Below the pieces are notes generated by a model. It did no database searches, was not told the origin of the DNA, and worked only from the letters and a program-made list of their open reading frames with translations. Below are positions 38,714 through 50,336 of a DNA stretch of 64,000 nt, piece after piece. The position numbers and the translations under genes were made by a program. Location of the stretch: the NCBI GenBank assembly GCA_021323595.1, contig JAJPKR010000061.1:83364-147363 (forward strand), read 5' to 3'. Every line of letters begins with the position of its first letter. The first letter of the stretch is position 1. The stretch comes from Terriglobia bacterium. GTDB lineage: Bacteria; Acidobacteriota; Terriglobia; Terriglobales; SCQP01.

Positions 38714-38797
38714 GACTGTATTTTAGGCGCTCGGCGCGCGCCGGCGGCCCCGCACCGCCGCCGCAAGCGCACTGAGTCGGCTTTCCGAACCGGCGGG

Positions 38798-40402
38798 CTA
38801 GGAACGCGGCAAACGGGAGGCGCCGGCGGGGCTGGGAATCGAGGCGCGGCGCAAGTCGTGACCGGTCATTTCCGAGGGGGCGTCCAGCTCGAGCATGCCG
38901 AGGATGGTGGGCGCGATGTCGCGGAGCGAACCACCAGGCCGCAAGGCCACGGGCGGGGCGCCGGCGGCGGCCTGCGCCACCAGGATGAAGGGCACGGGGT
39001 TGGTCGTGTGGGCGGTGTGCGGGCCGCCGGTGGCGGGATCGATCATCTGCTCGGCGTTGCCGTGATCGGCGGTGACCAGCATGGCGCCGCCTTCGCGGCG
39101 CAACGCTTGCAGGATGCGCGCCAGGCAGGCGTCCACGGTCTCGACCGCCTTAACCGTGGGCGCGAGCTTGCCGGAATGACCGACCATGTCGGCGTTGGCG
39201 AAGTTGGCGACGATCAGGTCGAAGGTCTTGTCCTCGATGGCCTTGACGACGCGGTCGGCGATGCCGGCGGCCGACATCTCGGGCATGAGGTCGTAGGTGG
39301 CGACCTTGGGCGAGGGCACGAGCGAGCGTTCTTCGCCCGGGAAGGGCTGCTCGATGCCGCCGTTGAAGAAGTAGGTCACATGCGCGTACTTTTCGGTTTC
39401 GGCGACGCGCAGATTGCGGAGGCCGTGCGCGCCCATGACCTGCGCCAGGATGTTGTCGAGCGATTCGGGCGGCATCACCAGCGGCAAGGTGAAAGTCTTG
39501 TCGTAGCGCGTCATGCAGACGTAATGCAGCGGCCGCGGCGCCTGGCTGGCGGGGATGACGGCTTCGAGGGCGGGATCGGGCTCGCCGGCGCGGGTAAGCG
39601 CCCGCGTCATCTGCCGGGCGCGATCGGCGCGGAAATTGAAAAAGACGGCGGCATCGCCGGGCCGCATCCCCGGCGGCGGCGCGCCCTCGCGGCCGATGAC
39701 ATGCGGGACGAAGAACTCGTCGGTGACGCCCTGGTTGTAGCTGGCGACCAGCGCGGCCACGGGATCGGCGGCGCGCGGCCCTTGGCCGTGTACGATGGCG
39801 TCGAAGGCCAGCCGGATGCGCTCCCAGCGCTGGTCGCGATCCATGGCGTAGTAGCGGCCGCTGACGCTGGCGATCCGGCCGACGTTGTACTCGCGGCAGC
39901 GCTGCTGGACTTGACGCAGATAGTCTTGCCCCGAGGTGGGCAGGGTGTCGCGGCCGTCGGTGAAGGCGTGGATCAGCACGTTCTCCACGCCCTGCGCCCG
40001 CGCCAGGCGCAGCAAGGCGAAGAGATGGCTGAGATGGGAATGAACGCCGCCATCCGAGCACAGGCCGAGCAGATGCAATTGATGGCCGCGGGCATGGCGC
40101 ATGGCGTCGAGCAGCGCCGGGTTGCGGTCGAATTCGCCGCTGGCGATGGCGTTGTCGATGCGAGTGACGTCCATGGTGACCACGCGGCCGGCGCCCATGT
40201 TGAGGTGCCCGACCTCGCTGTTGCCCATCTGCCCTTCCGGCAAGCCCACGGCGGGACCGGAGGTTTGCAGCAGCGTATTGGGATAGTCGCGCAGCAACGC
40301 GTCGTAGGCCGGCTTGCGCGCCAGCGCGATGGCATTGGCCGGACCGGCGGGCGCGTAGCCCCAGCCGTCCAGAATCACCAAGAGCAAAGGACGCGGACGC
40401 AT
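38798..40402 (-). CDS. gpmI: 2,3-bisphosphoglycerate-independent phosphoglycerate mutase
   Basis: 534 aa. Motifs [22 protein letters not shown] and ADHGNAE. Confidence 0.96.
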   Translation of the reverse strand: MRPRPLLLVILDGWGYAPAGPANAIALARKPAYDALLRDYPNTLLQTSGPAVGLPEGQMGNSEVGHLNMGAGRVVTMDVTRIDNAIASGEFDRNPALLDAMRHARGHQLHLLGLCSDGGVHSHLSHLFALLRLARAQGVENVLIHAFTDGRDTLPTSGQDYLRQVQQRCREYNVGRIASVSGRYYAMDRDQRWERIRLAFDAIVHGQGPRAADPVAALVASYNQGVTDEFFVPHVIGREGAPPPGMRPGDAAVFFNFRADRARQMTRALTRAGEPDPALEAVIPASQAPRPLHYVCMTRYDKTFTLPLVMPPESLDNILAQVMGAHGLRNLRVAETEKYAHVTYFFNGGIEQPFPGEERSLVPSPKVATYDLMPEMSAAGIADRVVKAIEDKTFDLIVANFANADMVGHSGKLAPTVKAVETVDACLARILQALRREGGAMLVTADHGNAEQMIDPATGGPHTAHTTNPVPFILVAQAAAGAPPVALRPGGSLRDIAPTILGMLELDAPSEMTGHDLRRASIPSPAGASRLPRS

Positions 40403-41695
<1,293 letters not shown>

Positions 41696-41899
41696 TCATT
41701 ATAGGGCGGCGCTGCGCGCGCGCCGGCGGATGGCGGCCCGCCCGCACCGGAAGCCGCGTGCCGGGTCGCGTCCGGCTTACAATCTGCCGGTGAGTTCGCG
41801 CCCCATGCGGATGGCCGCGGCGATGCTGGCCGCCGCTGCTGCCGGCTGGCATCGGCTTCTCCGCAGGCTCCGCCCCGAAGGCGGCGGGCTCGTGCTCCG

Positions 41900-42862
41900 A
41901 TGGCTATGAGAGTGGCGGCGTATGCCAAGTTGAATCTGGGCCTGCGGATCCTGGGGCGGCGCGCGGACGGCTACCACGAGCTGCGCACGATCTTTCAAAC
42001 CATCAGCCTGGCGGACGAGGTCGAAATCACCTTCGGCGCCGGCCGCGGCGTGCGCTTCGCGTTGGAATTGCCGCCGGCGCGGGCGGAGCTGGCGCGCTGG
42101 TTCGAGGTTCCCGGGGACGAGACGAACTTGGCGGCGCGGGCGGCGGCGCTGGCGCGCGAGGAGTTTCGCCTGCGCGGGCAAATCCGGGTGCGGCTGCGCA
42201 AGTGCATCCCCGCCGGCGCCGGCCTGGGCGGCGGCTCGGCCGATGCCGCCGCCACGCTGCGGGGGCTGGCCGCCCGGGCGCGGCCGGCGCCGCCCCCGGA
42301 GGTGCTTTGGCGGCTGGCGGCGGCGCTGGGGGCGGACGTCGCGGCGTTGCTGATCGGCGGCACCGTGCTCGGCGTAGGGCGCGGCGACGAGTGCTACCCG
42401 CTGCCGCCGCTGCCGCCGCTACATGCGGTGGTCGCGCTGCCGGCGCAGCCGGTGGCGACGGCGCAGGCCTACGCTCGCTGGGACGCGCTGCATCCGGAAG
42501 CAGCGGGGGCGGCGAGTTTGACCGGGGCGGAGGCGTCGGCTAGAATTTATTCGTTCTGTGGCTCGCTGATGCGAGCCCTGCCGGCGTCCCGCCGCGAGCG
42601 GGACCGCGGCCGCGCGGAGCGGCCGATTGTCCGTGCCGGAATCGAGAACGACTTCGAAGAAGTCGTCGGTTCTCTTTCCCCGGACTTTGCGAAGATTCGC
42701 GCCGCGCTGCGGCGCGCGGGCGCCGGCGCTGTCGCGCTCACGGGCAGCGGCGCGGCCCAGTACGGCCTGTTCGCGACGCGCGCGGCCGCCGCCGTGGCGC
42801 GCGCGCGCCTGGCGGCGCTGGGGCCGGCGTGGATGGCGCGTTTCGTGGGCCGGCGCGGGTGA
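41900..42862 (+). CDS. ispE: 4-diphosphocytidyl-2-C-methyl-D-erythritol kinase
   Basis: 320 aa. Motifs AYAKLNLGLRILGRR.DGYHEL and the GHMP-kinase motif IPAGAGLGGGSADAAA. Confidence 0.9.
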   Translation: MAMRVAAYAKLNLGLRILGRRADGYHELRTIFQTISLADEVEITFGAGRGVRFALELPPARAELARWFEVPGDETNLAARAAALAREEFRLRGQIRVRLRKCIPAGAGLGGGSADAAATLRGLAARARPAPPPEVLWRLAAALGADVAALLIGGTVLGVGRGDECYPLPPLPPLHAVVALPAQPVATAQAYARWDALHPEAAGAASLTGAEASARIYSFCGSLMRALPASRRERDRGRAERPIVRAGIENDFEEVVGSLSPDFAKIRAALRRAGAGAVALTGSGAAQYGLFATRAAAAVARARLAALGPAWMARFVGRRG

Positions 42863-42878
42863 GCGCCGGGCAAGGCAT

Positions 42879-42952
42879 TGGGGCGTCGTCCAATGGTAGG
42901 ACACATGCCTTTGGAGCATGGTATTCAGGTTCGAATCCTGACGCCCCAGCCA
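42879..42952 (+). tRNA. tRNA-Gln (anticodon UUG), CCA encoded
   Basis: Manual cloverleaf. Acceptor TGGGGCG/CGCCCCA. D arm GTCC-AATGGTA-GGAC. Anticodon arm CATGC-CTTTGGA-GCATG. Variable loop GTAT. T arm TCAGG-TTCGAAT-CCTGA. Discriminator G, then CCA. 74 nt. Confidence 0.95.
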
Positions 42953-43071
42953 AGACGTTGGAGCTCGGGACCAGGATTGGTAGGCGGCGGCGAAGAGAGG
43001 CGGGGCGGCAGGGGCGCCGGCAGGGCGGCGCTGCCAAGGCCGGCGGTAGCCGGCCGCGAACGGTGACATTC

Positions 43072-44097
43072 ATGGCGACGACGACGGCGCACAAGACGGC
43101 TACGATGGCACGCACCAACCCGCAGGCAACCCCATCCGCGCCACGGGCTTCGCGGCGCGACGAAAAGCTGAAAGTCTTCTCCGGCGGCGCCAACCAACCC
43201 CTCGCCGAGGCGATTTGCGTGCATCTCGGGCTGGCGCTGGCGCAGCGGCAATTGACGCGCTTTTCCGACGGCGAAAGCTACGTGCAGATCCTCGAGAACG
43301 TGCGCGGGGCGGACGTTTTCGTGGTGCAGCCGACCTGCTATCCGGTGGATCTGCATTTGATGGAACTGCTGCTGATGATCGACGCGCTCAAGCGCGCTTC
43401 GGCGCGGCGCATCACCGCGGTCATGCCCTACTACGGCTACGCGCGCCAGGACCGCAAGGACAAGCCGCGCGCGCCGATCTCCTCGAAGCTGGTGGCCGAC
43501 CTGCTGACCGTCGCCGGCGCACACCGCGCGCTGGTCGTGGATCTGCACGCGCCGCAGATCCAGGGCTTCTTCAACATTCCCGTGGACCATCTCTTCGCCT
43601 CGCCGGTGCTGGTGGATTATTTCCGGTCGCTGGCGCTGCCCAGCCTGACGGTGGTTTCCCCCGATGCCGGCGGCGTGGAGCGGGCGCGGTTTTTCGCCAA
43701 AAAGATGGACAGTGCGCTGGCGATCATCGACAAGCGCCGCGTCGCGCACAACGAGAGCGAAGTCATGCACGTGATCGGCGAGGTGGAGGGGCGCACGGCG
43801 GTGATCCTCGACGACATCATCGACACCGGGGGCACGCTGGTGAAGGCCGCCGAGGCGCTGAAGGCGCACGGCGCGGCGCGGGTTTTGGCCTGCGCCAGCC
43901 ACGCGGTGCTGAGCGGCCCGGCGGTCGAGCGCATCGCGCAAAGCCCGCTGGAGCGGGTGGTGGTCACCGATTCGATTCCCCTTTCCGAAGCCGCCCGCAA
44001 GGAGCCGCGCATCGAGGTGCGCAGCATCGCCGGGTTGCTGGCGGCGGCGATTCGATCCATTCACGAGGAGACTTCGGTCAGTTCGCTGTTCTCCTGA
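43072..44097 (+). CDS. prs: Ribose-phosphate pyrophosphokinase
   Basis: Taken from ORF 42829..44097. Conserved core is LKVFSGGANQPLAEAI...L..RQL.RFSDGE, ...YYGYARQDRK and DLHA.QIQGFF. The start is uncertain (ATG 43072 or 43105). Confidence 0.93.
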   Translation: MATTTAHKTATMARTNPQATPSAPRASRRDEKLKVFSGGANQPLAEAICVHLGLALAQRQLTRFSDGESYVQILENVRGADVFVVQPTCYPVDLHLMELLLMIDALKRASARRITAVMPYYGYARQDRKDKPRAPISSKLVADLLTVAGAHRALVVDLHAPQIQGFFNIPVDHLFASPVLVDYFRSLALPSLTVVSPDAGGVERARFFAKKMDSALAIIDKRRVAHNESEVMHVIGEVEGRTAVILDDIIDTGGTLVKAAEALKAHGAARVLACASHAVLSGPAVERIAQSPLERVVVTDSIPLSEAARKEPRIEVRSIAGLLAAAIRSIHEETSVSSLFS

Positions 44098-44133
44098 CCC
44101 GGAGCATGAAGACGAGATTCCAAGGAGCTGTTC

Positions 44134-44838
44134 ATGGCGATTGAGATTTCTTTGCAAGCCGAGCTTCGCGAGGCCGCCGGCAAGGGTCCGGCGCGCCGGC
44201 TGCGCCGCGCCGGCAAGGTGCCGGCCACGCTCTACGGCGAGCACAAGCCGGCGGTGTCGCTGGCGGTGGACCCCAAGCAACTGGCGGCGATCTTACGTTC
44301 CGAGAGCGGCCAAAACACCATCTTCGAACTGCGCATGGACGGGGAAAAGACCGCGGCCATGGTCGTCGATTGGCAGCGCGAGCCGGTGCGCGGCGCCTTG
44401 ATTCACGTGGATCTCAAGCGCATCGCCATGGACCGGCGCCTGCGCGTGCGCGTGCCCGTGCAAAGCCAGGGCGAAGCCGTGGGCGTGAAGGTGCAGGGCG
44501 GCATTTTGGAGCTGGTGACGCGCGAGATCGAGCTGGAGTGCCTGCCCACGGAAATTCCCGAGCATATCGTGGTGGATGTCTCGAATCTCAGCATCGGGCA
44601 AAACCTCCGCGTCGGCGATCTGCAACTGAGCGCCGGCCTAAAGACGATCACCGATCCCGACCGCGTGGTCGCCCATGTGGTGGCGGTGAAGGAAGAAGTG
44701 GTGGCTCCCGCCGCCGCGCCCGAAGCCGCCGAAGCGGCGCCCGCCGAGCCCGAGGTCATCAAGAAGGGCAAAGCCGAAGCCAAGGAGGGCGAAGAAGCCG
44801 TGCCCGCCGAAGAGGGAGGCAAGAAGAAGAGTTCGTGA
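44134..44838 (+). CDS. rplY: 50S ribosomal protein L25/general stress protein Ctc
   Basis: 234 aa. AAGGAG lies upstream. Motifs R...GKG.ARRLRR.GKVPA.LYG and a C-terminal acidic/lysine-rich tail. Confidence 0.92.
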   Translation: MAIEISLQAELREAAGKGPARRLRRAGKVPATLYGEHKPAVSLAVDPKQLAAILRSESGQNTIFELRMDGEKTAAMVVDWQREPVRGALIHVDLKRIAMDRRLRVRVPVQSQGEAVGVKVQGGILELVTREIELECLPTEIPEHIVVDVSNLSIGQNLRVGDLQLSAGLKTITDPDRVVAHVVAVKEEVVAPAAAPEAAEAAPAEPEVIKKGKAEAKEGEEAVPAEEGGKKKSS

Positions 44839-44856
44839 ACGGGCTAGGGGAAGGAC

Positions 44857-45447
44857 GTGCTGCGCCTCGTCGTGGGCTTGGGCAATCCGGGGGTGGAATA
44901 CGCTTTCACGCCCCACAACTTCGGCTTCCTTTTGGTGGACGAGTTGGCCAACCGCTCGGGAGCGCGGGTGAGCGTGCGCGAGGCGCAGTCGCTCACCGGC
45001 CGGGTGCGGATTGCCGGGCAGCCGGTGATGGTGGCCAAGCCGGAGACGTTCATGAACCTCAGCGGCGTGGCGGTGCGGGAGCTGCTGCGCAAGCATGGCT
45101 GGACGGCGGAGGAAGCGCTGATCGTCAGCGACGACCTGGATTTGCCGCTGGGCACGCTGCGGCTGCGGCCGCGCGGCTCGGCGGGCACGCACAACGGCCT
45201 GCGCTCGGTCGTGGGCGCGCTGGGCACGGAAGAATTTCCGCGCTTGCGCTTGGGCATCGCCCCAGCTCATCCCGTGCGCGACGCCAAGCGGTTCGTGCTG
45301 ACACCGTGGAAGAAGGCGGATTTGGAATTGGTCGCCGGAGTCTTGGAGCGCGCCGCGGCGGCGATCGAGACGATGGTGCGGGAAGGCCTGCCCAAGGCCA
45401 TGAGTTTGTTCAACGCCAGAGAGCAGAAGACAGAGAGCAGGGACTAG
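44857..45447 (+). CDS. pth: Peptidyl-tRNA hydrolase
   Basis: 196 aa, GTG start. Motifs LVVGLGNPG..Y..T.HN.GF and GSAGTHNGLRS. Confidence 0.95.
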   Translation: MLRLVVGLGNPGVEYAFTPHNFGFLLVDELANRSGARVSVREAQSLTGRVRIAGQPVMVAKPETFMNLSGVAVRELLRKHGWTAEEALIVSDDLDLPLGTLRLRPRGSAGTHNGLRSVVGALGTEEFPRLRLGIAPAHPVRDAKRFVLTPWKKADLELVAGVLERAAAAIETMVREGLPKAMSLFNAREQKTESRD

Positions 45448-45451
45448 AGAC

Positions 45452-45868
45452 ATGCGGACTTACGAAGTGATGTTCATTTTGCGGCCGGACATGCCCGAAG
45501 ACGAGGCCGACAAGCTGGTGGCCCATTTGGAGACGGTGGCCACGCAGGCCGGCGCCACGCTCGAAAAGACCGAGCGCATGGGCAAGCGGCGTCTCGCTTA
45601 CCGCGTGCGCGGCTTCCATGACGGCCAGTACGTCTTGTTCCTGCTCGGCGAGCCGGACCGGCCGAAGGCCGGCGGCATCCAGGAACTGCAACGCCGCTTG
45701 CGGGTCAGCGAGCCGGTGATCAAATTTTTGGTGGTGCGCACCGACGAGCTGGAGCGCCGTTTCCAGAAGGACCGGCGGCATCGCGAAGCGCGCGCCCACC
45801 GCAAGCCGGCGCCGCCGCCCGCGGCACCGGCCGAAACCGAAACCCCGGCGCCGGCGGCCGAAGCCTAA
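45452..45868 (+). CDS. rpsF: 30S ribosomal protein S6
   Basis: 138 aa. Starts MRTYEVMFILRPD and contains ...G.RRLAY.... Pro/Ala-rich C-terminal tail. Confidence 0.95.
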   Translation: MRTYEVMFILRPDMPEDEADKLVAHLETVATQAGATLEKTERMGKRRLAYRVRGFHDGQYVLFLLGEPDRPKAGGIQELQRRLRVSEPVIKFLVVRTDELERRFQKDRRHREARAHRKPAPPPAAPAETETPAPAAEA

Positions 45869-45907
45869 GCGGCTGCGGCGCGACGACGCGAGAACAGGTG
45901 TCAACAT

Positions 45908-46231
45908 ATGAGCGATTCCAAACCCGAACCCCGTAAACCCAGCGCCGGCGCGCCGGGCCCGGGCGGCGGCGCCGCCAAGGGCGCCGCGGCCGCCGGCGCC
46001 GGCGGCAAGCGCCAGTATTTCCGCCGCCGCAAGGTCTGCAAGTTTTGCGTCGAGAAGATCGACCGCATCGACTACAAGGACGTGCGCATGCTGCAGCAGT
46101 TCGTCGCCGAGCGCGGCAAGATCGTGCCGCGGCGCATCAGCGGCGCCTGCACGCAGCATCAGCGGCGGCTGGCGCGGGCGATCAAGCAGGCGCGCAACAT
46201 CGCCCTGCTGCCCTTCGCGGCGGAGATTTGA
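45908..46231 (+). CDS. rpsR: 30S ribosomal protein S18
   Basis: 107 aa. Motif [44 protein letters not shown]-rich N-terminal extension. Confidence 0.95.
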   Translation: MSDSKPEPRKPSAGAPGPGGGAAKGAAAAGAGGKRQYFRRRKVCKFCVEKIDRIDYKDVRMLQQFVAERGKIVPRRISGACTQHQRRLARAIKQARNIALLPFAAEI

Positions 46232-46235
46232 CGCC

Positions 46236-46703
46236 ATGGAAATCATTCTCAAGGAAGACGTGCAGAAGCTCGGCAACAAGGGCGACGTGGTGAAAGTGGC
46301 CGACGGCTACGCCCGCAATTACCTGTTGCCGCGCAAGCTGGCGATCCTGGCCACGCCGGGCAACCTCAAAAACGTGGAGCAGATGCGCGCCGCCGCGCGG
46401 CGCAAGGAGGCGAAGAACACCGCCGAGGCGCAGGCGCTGGCGGAGCAACTGGGCAAGCTCGCGCTGCGCTTCGCGCGCCGAGCGGGCGAGCACGACACGC
46501 TGTTCGGCTCGGTCACTTCCATGGACATCGCCGGCGAGCTGGAGGCCAAAGGCTTCAACATCGATCGCCGCAAGATCGAGCTGCGAGAACCGCTGAAGAG
46601 CTTGGGCGAGTTCAAGGTGCCCGTCCATCTCTATCGCGACGTCGTCGCGCACCTGGCAGTCACCGTGGAGCGCGAAGGCGAGCCGGAAGCGGCGAGCCAA
46701 TAG
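46236..46703 (+). CDS. rplI: 50S ribosomal protein L9
   Basis: 155 aa. Starts MEIILKEDVQKLGNKGDVVKVADGYARNYLLPRKLA. Confidence 0.96.
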   Translation: MEIILKEDVQKLGNKGDVVKVADGYARNYLLPRKLAILATPGNLKNVEQMRAAARRKEAKNTAEAQALAEQLGKLALRFARRAGEHDTLFGSVTSMDIAGELEAKGFNIDRRKIELREPLKSLGEFKVPVHLYRDVVAHLAVTVEREGEPEAASQ

Positions 46704-46718
46704 CGGCGGCGGCGCGGC

Positions 46719-47453
46719 TCACGGCGCGGCTTGGGCCATGACGCCGCGAACGCGGGCGGCGAGCTCGGCGAGCCGGCGGCTGTCGAAGCCGTCGGTTTCG
46801 ATGGCGGGCAAGATCGTCAGGCGCACGCGCCGCGGGCGCAAATGCAGCGAATCAGGCGGCAGCACCTGGCGGGTTCCGTCGAGCGCCATCGGGACGATCG
46901 GCACGCGCGCCTGCACGGCGAGAAAGAACGCGCCCGGCAAGAACTCCTTGAGCGTGCCGCTCATGCTGCGCCCGCCCTCGGGAAAAACGAAGACCGACAG
47001 CCCCTGCCGCACGCAGGCGGCGCCCCGCCGCACGCTGGCCAGCGCCCGCAGGGCGTTTTCGCGGTCCACGGGCAGATGGCCGGCGCGGCGCAAATGCCAG
47101 CCGAGGAACGGAAAGCGGAACAGGTCTTCGCGGGCCATGATGCGAAAATCCAGCGGCACGTGCGCGAAGATCACGGGAATATCCATGTAACTGAGGTGGT
47201 TGCACACCAGCAGGCAGGGGCGGTCGCGGATCAGGTTTTCCCGCCCGGTCACCTCCACGCGAATGCCGCCGATCCAGAGCAGCGAACGCGCCCAGGCGCG
47301 GGCGATACGATGCGGCCAGCGGCCGCTGCGGTCGAGCGCGGAAGCGGCCATCGAGGCGGCGCCGAAGGCGGCGGTCGCCAGCGAATATAGCGGCAGATAG
47401 CAGAGCCAGGAGCGGGCGGCGGAGAGCCGCTCGCGCCAGCTACTCGCAGCCAC
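46719..47453 (-). CDS. plsC: 1-acyl-sn-glycerol-3-phosphate acyltransferase
   Basis: 244 aa. HX4D motif is NHLSYMDI; also FPEGGRS. Confidence 0.88.
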   Translation of the reverse strand: MAASSWRERLSAARSWLCYLPLYSLATAAFGAASMAASALDRSGRWPHRIARAWARSLLWIGGIRVEVTGRENLIRDRPCLLVCNHLSYMDIPVIFAHVPLDFRIMAREDLFRFPFLGWHLRRAGHLPVDRENALRALASVRRGAACVRQGLSVFVFPEGGRSMSGTLKEFLPGAFFLAVQARVPIVPMALDGTRQVLPPDSLHLRPRRVRLTILPAIETDGFDSRRLAELAARVRGVMAQAAP

Positions 47454-48756
47454 GAGCCACCTGTTTCGGTTCCAGCAAGGCCTGCGCCTCGCCCACCAGA
47501 TACAGCGAGCCGGTGATCAGGATGGGCGTGGTTGCGCCCGCCAATTCGCGCGCCCGCGCCAGCGCGGCGGCGAGATTCTCGGAAGGTTCGACGGGCACCG
47601 GCGCCGGCGCCGCCTGCATTGCCAGGGCGCTCGGGGAGAGCGCGCGCGGGCTCTCCGGCCGGGTGAGGATCACATGCCGGGCCAGCGGAAACAGCAACTC
47701 GCTGATTTCGCCGATCGCCTTGTCGCGCAAGCTGCCGTAGATCAAAACCGGCCGCCAGCCCATCGCTGCAATGAAATCGCGGAGGGCGCGCGCCGCGAGC
47801 GGATTGTGCGCGCCATCGGCCCAAACCGGCGGATGCGCCGCGAGCTTTTCCAAGCGTCCCGGCCAGCGCGCTTGCTCGAGGCCGGCGACGACGGCCGCGG
47901 CGCCGGGGCGGCCGGTTTGCCGCGCCAGCAGTTCGCAGACGCGCAAGGCGACGCGGGCGTTCTCCACCTGGTGGCGGCCCGGCAGACGCAGGCGAATCTC
48001 GATCACCTCGTCCAAGTATTCGCTGCGGAACCGGAACGCGCCGTCGGCATCGGCCGCCGGCGCGCCCAGCAGCGGCGCCGCCGGAACCAGGCGCGCGCCC
48101 ACGGCGGCGGCGCGCTCGCGCAGCACGGCGGCGGCTTCGGCCGGCTGCAGACCGGTGACGACGGCCAAGCCCGGCTTCATGATGCCGGCCTTTTCGCCGG
48201 CGATCGCCGCCAGCGTCGCGCCCAGATATTTCTCATGGTCGAGGCCCAGGGCGGTGATCGCGGCGGCGGCGGGGGCGAGAATGTTGGTGGCGTCGAGGCG
48301 CCCGCCCATGCCGACTTCAACGACGCCGATCTCGATGTTCGCGTCGCGGAAGGCGACAAAGCCGGCGGCGGTCAGCGTCTCGAAGAACGAGGGCGGGTAG
48401 GGCCAGGCGCCGCTCGCCAGGAAGCCTTCGATGGCGCCGTGCACCGTGGTGAAGGCGGCGGCAAAGGCCTCGGGCGCGATCTCCTCGCCGGCGATGCGGA
48501 TGCGCTCGGTGATGCGCCGCAGATGGGGCGAGGTATAGAGCCCGGTGCGCGCGCCCGCGCTCCGCAGGGCGCTCTCGACCATGGCCGCCACGCTGCCCTT
48601 GCCGTTGGTGCCGGCAATGTGAACGGATTGCCAAGCTTGCTGCGGCTGGCCGAGCTCGGCCATGAGCGCGGCGATGCGCGCCAAATCGAATTTGGCGCCG
48701 GGCCGCAGTTCGAGCCCGAGATGCCGAAAATAGGCGACGGTATCGGCGAAGTTCAC
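47440..48756 (-). CDS. folC: Bifunctional folylpolyglutamate synthase/dihydrofolate synthase
   Basis: 438 aa. Has the Mur-ligase P-loop HIAGTNGKGS, plus VEVGMGGRLDATN and DGAHNP. Confidence 0.92.
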   Translation of the reverse strand: MNFADTVAYFRHLGLELRPGAKFDLARIAALMAELGQPQQAWQSVHIAGTNGKGSVAAMVESALRSAGARTGLYTSPHLRRITERIRIAGEEIAPEAFAAAFTTVHGAIEGFLASGAWPYPPSFFETLTAAGFVAFRDANIEIGVVEVGMGGRLDATNILAPAAAAITALGLDHEKYLGATLAAIAGEKAGIMKPGLAVVTGLQPAEAAAVLRERAAAVGARLVPAAPLLGAPAADADGAFRFRSEYLDEVIEIRLRLPGRHQVENARVALRVCELLARQTGRPGAAAVVAGLEQARWPGRLEKLAAHPPVWADGAHNPLAARALRDFIAAMGWRPVLIYGSLRDKAIGEISELLFPLARHVILTRPESPRALSPSALAMQAAPAPVPVEPSENLAAALARARELAGATTPILITGSLYLVGEAQALLEPKQVARGCE

Positions 48757-48765
48757 GCCCGAGGC

Positions 48766-49653
48766 TTAGCCCGCTTGCGCGACGGCGCGTTCGGCGGCGG
48801 CCATACCCACGCCGCAGAATTCGAGCGCCCGGATCAGGAATTCCCGCATCTGCTTGCGGGGCACCACGGCATCGAGCATGCCGTGCTCCAGCAGGAACTC
48901 GCTGCGCTGGAAGCCCTCGGGCAGCTTCTGCCGGATCGTCTGCTCGATCACGCGCGGCCCGGCAAAGCCGATGAGCGCGCCCGGCTCGGCGATATTGAGA
49001 TCGCCGAGCATCGCGTAACTGGCGGTGACGCCGCCGGTGGTGGGGTCGGTCATGACGGAGATGAAGGGCACGCCGGCATCATCCAGCCGCGCCAGGGCCG
49101 CCGCGATCTTCCCCATTTGCATCAAGCTGACGGCGCCCTCCATCATGCGCGCGCCGCCCGAGCAGGAAAAAATGATCAGCGGCCAGCGACGCTCGATCGC
49201 CCGCTCGATGGCGCGCGTGATCTTCTCCCCCACCACGGCGCCCATGCTGCCGCCGATGAAGCCATACTCCATCACGCACACCACCACCGGCCGGCCGCCG
49301 AGCTTGCCCTCGGCGGCGATCACCGCGTCGAGCATGCCGGTGGCCTGCTCGGCCTTGGCCAGGCGCTCGCGGTACGGCTTGAGATCGGTGAACTCGAGCG
49401 GGTCGGTGGAGCGCAACCCCTTGTCGCGCTCGTGATAAGCGCCTTCGTCGAGCAGCAGTTCCAGCCGCCGGCGGCTATCCATGCGGAAGTGATGCTCGCA
49501 GCGCGGGCAGACCTCTTGGTTCTCGGCCAGCTCTTTTTTCCAAATGATGCGGCCGCAGCCTTCGCATTTGACCCACAAGCCCTCGGTCTTGACGTGCTTG
49601 TCGGGCACGCTGGTGAGCGGCTTGCGTTCGCGTCGAAACCAGGTCATAGCCAA
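48766..49653 (-). CDS. accD: Acetyl-CoA carboxylase carboxyltransferase beta subunit
   Basis: 295 aa. N-terminal zinc ribbon is C.GC......L......CP.C.HH. Also has FIGGSMG and SGGARMQEG-like (SGGARMMEG) motifs. Confidence 0.95.
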   Translation of the reverse strand: MAMTWFRRERKPLTSVPDKHVKTEGLWVKCEGCGRIIWKKELAENQEVCPRCEHHFRMDSRRRLELLLDEGAYHERDKGLRSTDPLEFTDLKPYRERLAKAEQATGMLDAVIAAEGKLGGRPVVVCVMEYGFIGGSMGAVVGEKITRAIERAIERRWPLIIFSCSGGARMMEGAVSLMQMGKIAAALARLDDAGVPFISVMTDPTTGGVTASYAMLGDLNIAEPGALIGFAGPRVIEQTIRQKLPEGFQRSEFLLEHGMLDAVVPRKQMREFLIRALEFCGVGMAAAERAVAQAG

Positions 49654-49656
49654 CCG

Positions 49657-50190
49657 TTAGTATTCTATGCCACGCTGCGCCAAGATCCCGCGCTGATATG
49701 CGTGCTTGACTTCCCGGAACTCGGTGACGGTGTCGGCCAGCTCCACGATACTGGGGTGGGCGTTGCGGCCGGTCAAGATCACATGAACTTCGGGGGGCTT
49801 GGCGCGCAGGAAGGCGACGACGGGCTCGGGATCGAGCATGTGGTAGGAGATGGCGTAGTTGATCTCGTCGAGAATCACCAGCTCCCATTCGCCGCCGGCA
49901 ATGGCGCGCTGCGCCTCGGCCCAGGCTTCTTGCACCAAACGCACGTCTTCGGGGTCCGGTTTTTCCGCGCCGACCTTGACGAAGCCGCGGCCCATTTGCC
50001 TGATGACATAGCGGCCGCCGAAGGCCTGCACGGCGTCGAGCTCGCCGTAATGCCACGAGCCCTTGATGAATTGCAGCATCAGGACGCGCAGGCCCTGGCC
50101 CACCGCCCGCAGCCCGGTGCCCATGGCGGCGGTGGTCTTGCCTTTGCCCGGTCCGGTATTGACGATGATGAGCCCTCGCGTTTCCGCCAT
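49657..50190 (-). CDS. cobO: Cob(I)yrinic acid a,c-diamide adenosyltransferase (CobO/BtuR)
   Basis: ORF 49657..50721 trimmed to ATG 50190. Motifs GLIIVNTGPGKGKTTAA.G...RA.G.G.RV...QF.KG and ...LDE.NYA...... Confidence 0.9.
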   Translation of the reverse strand: MAETRGLIIVNTGPGKGKTTAAMGTGLRAVGQGLRVLMLQFIKGSWHYGELDAVQAFGGRYVIRQMGRGFVKVGAEKPDPEDVRLVQEAWAEAQRAIAGGEWELVILDEINYAISYHMLDPEPVVAFLRAKPPEVHVILTGRNAHPSIVELADTVTEFREVKHAYQRGILAQRGIEY

Positions 50191-50336
50191 GACTCCAGGG
50201 TACAGGCAGCCGGCAGGCGGGTACAACGACCCTGCCGGAATGCGGGCGCGGGCCAAGGGCAAGGCCGCCGGCCTGCGCTTCGACTCGATCGCACCTCGCC
50301 GGCAATTCGCTCGCCGGTTGCCGGCGGCGGGCGGCG

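Noticed and set aside
42879-43071. tRNA-Gln as a possible integration hotspot for a genomic island.
   Set aside because: No integrase gene, no duplicated tRNA 3' end and no compositional break. The flanking genes (ispE, prs, ctc, pth) form a widely conserved housekeeping arrangement.
50191-50336. Cobalamin riboswitch upstream of cobO.
   Set aside because: The spacer is only 146 nt. It lacks a B12 box (AGYCMGGAGACCKGCC-like) and the GGTG..AA..CC core. Only simple GC hairpins are present.
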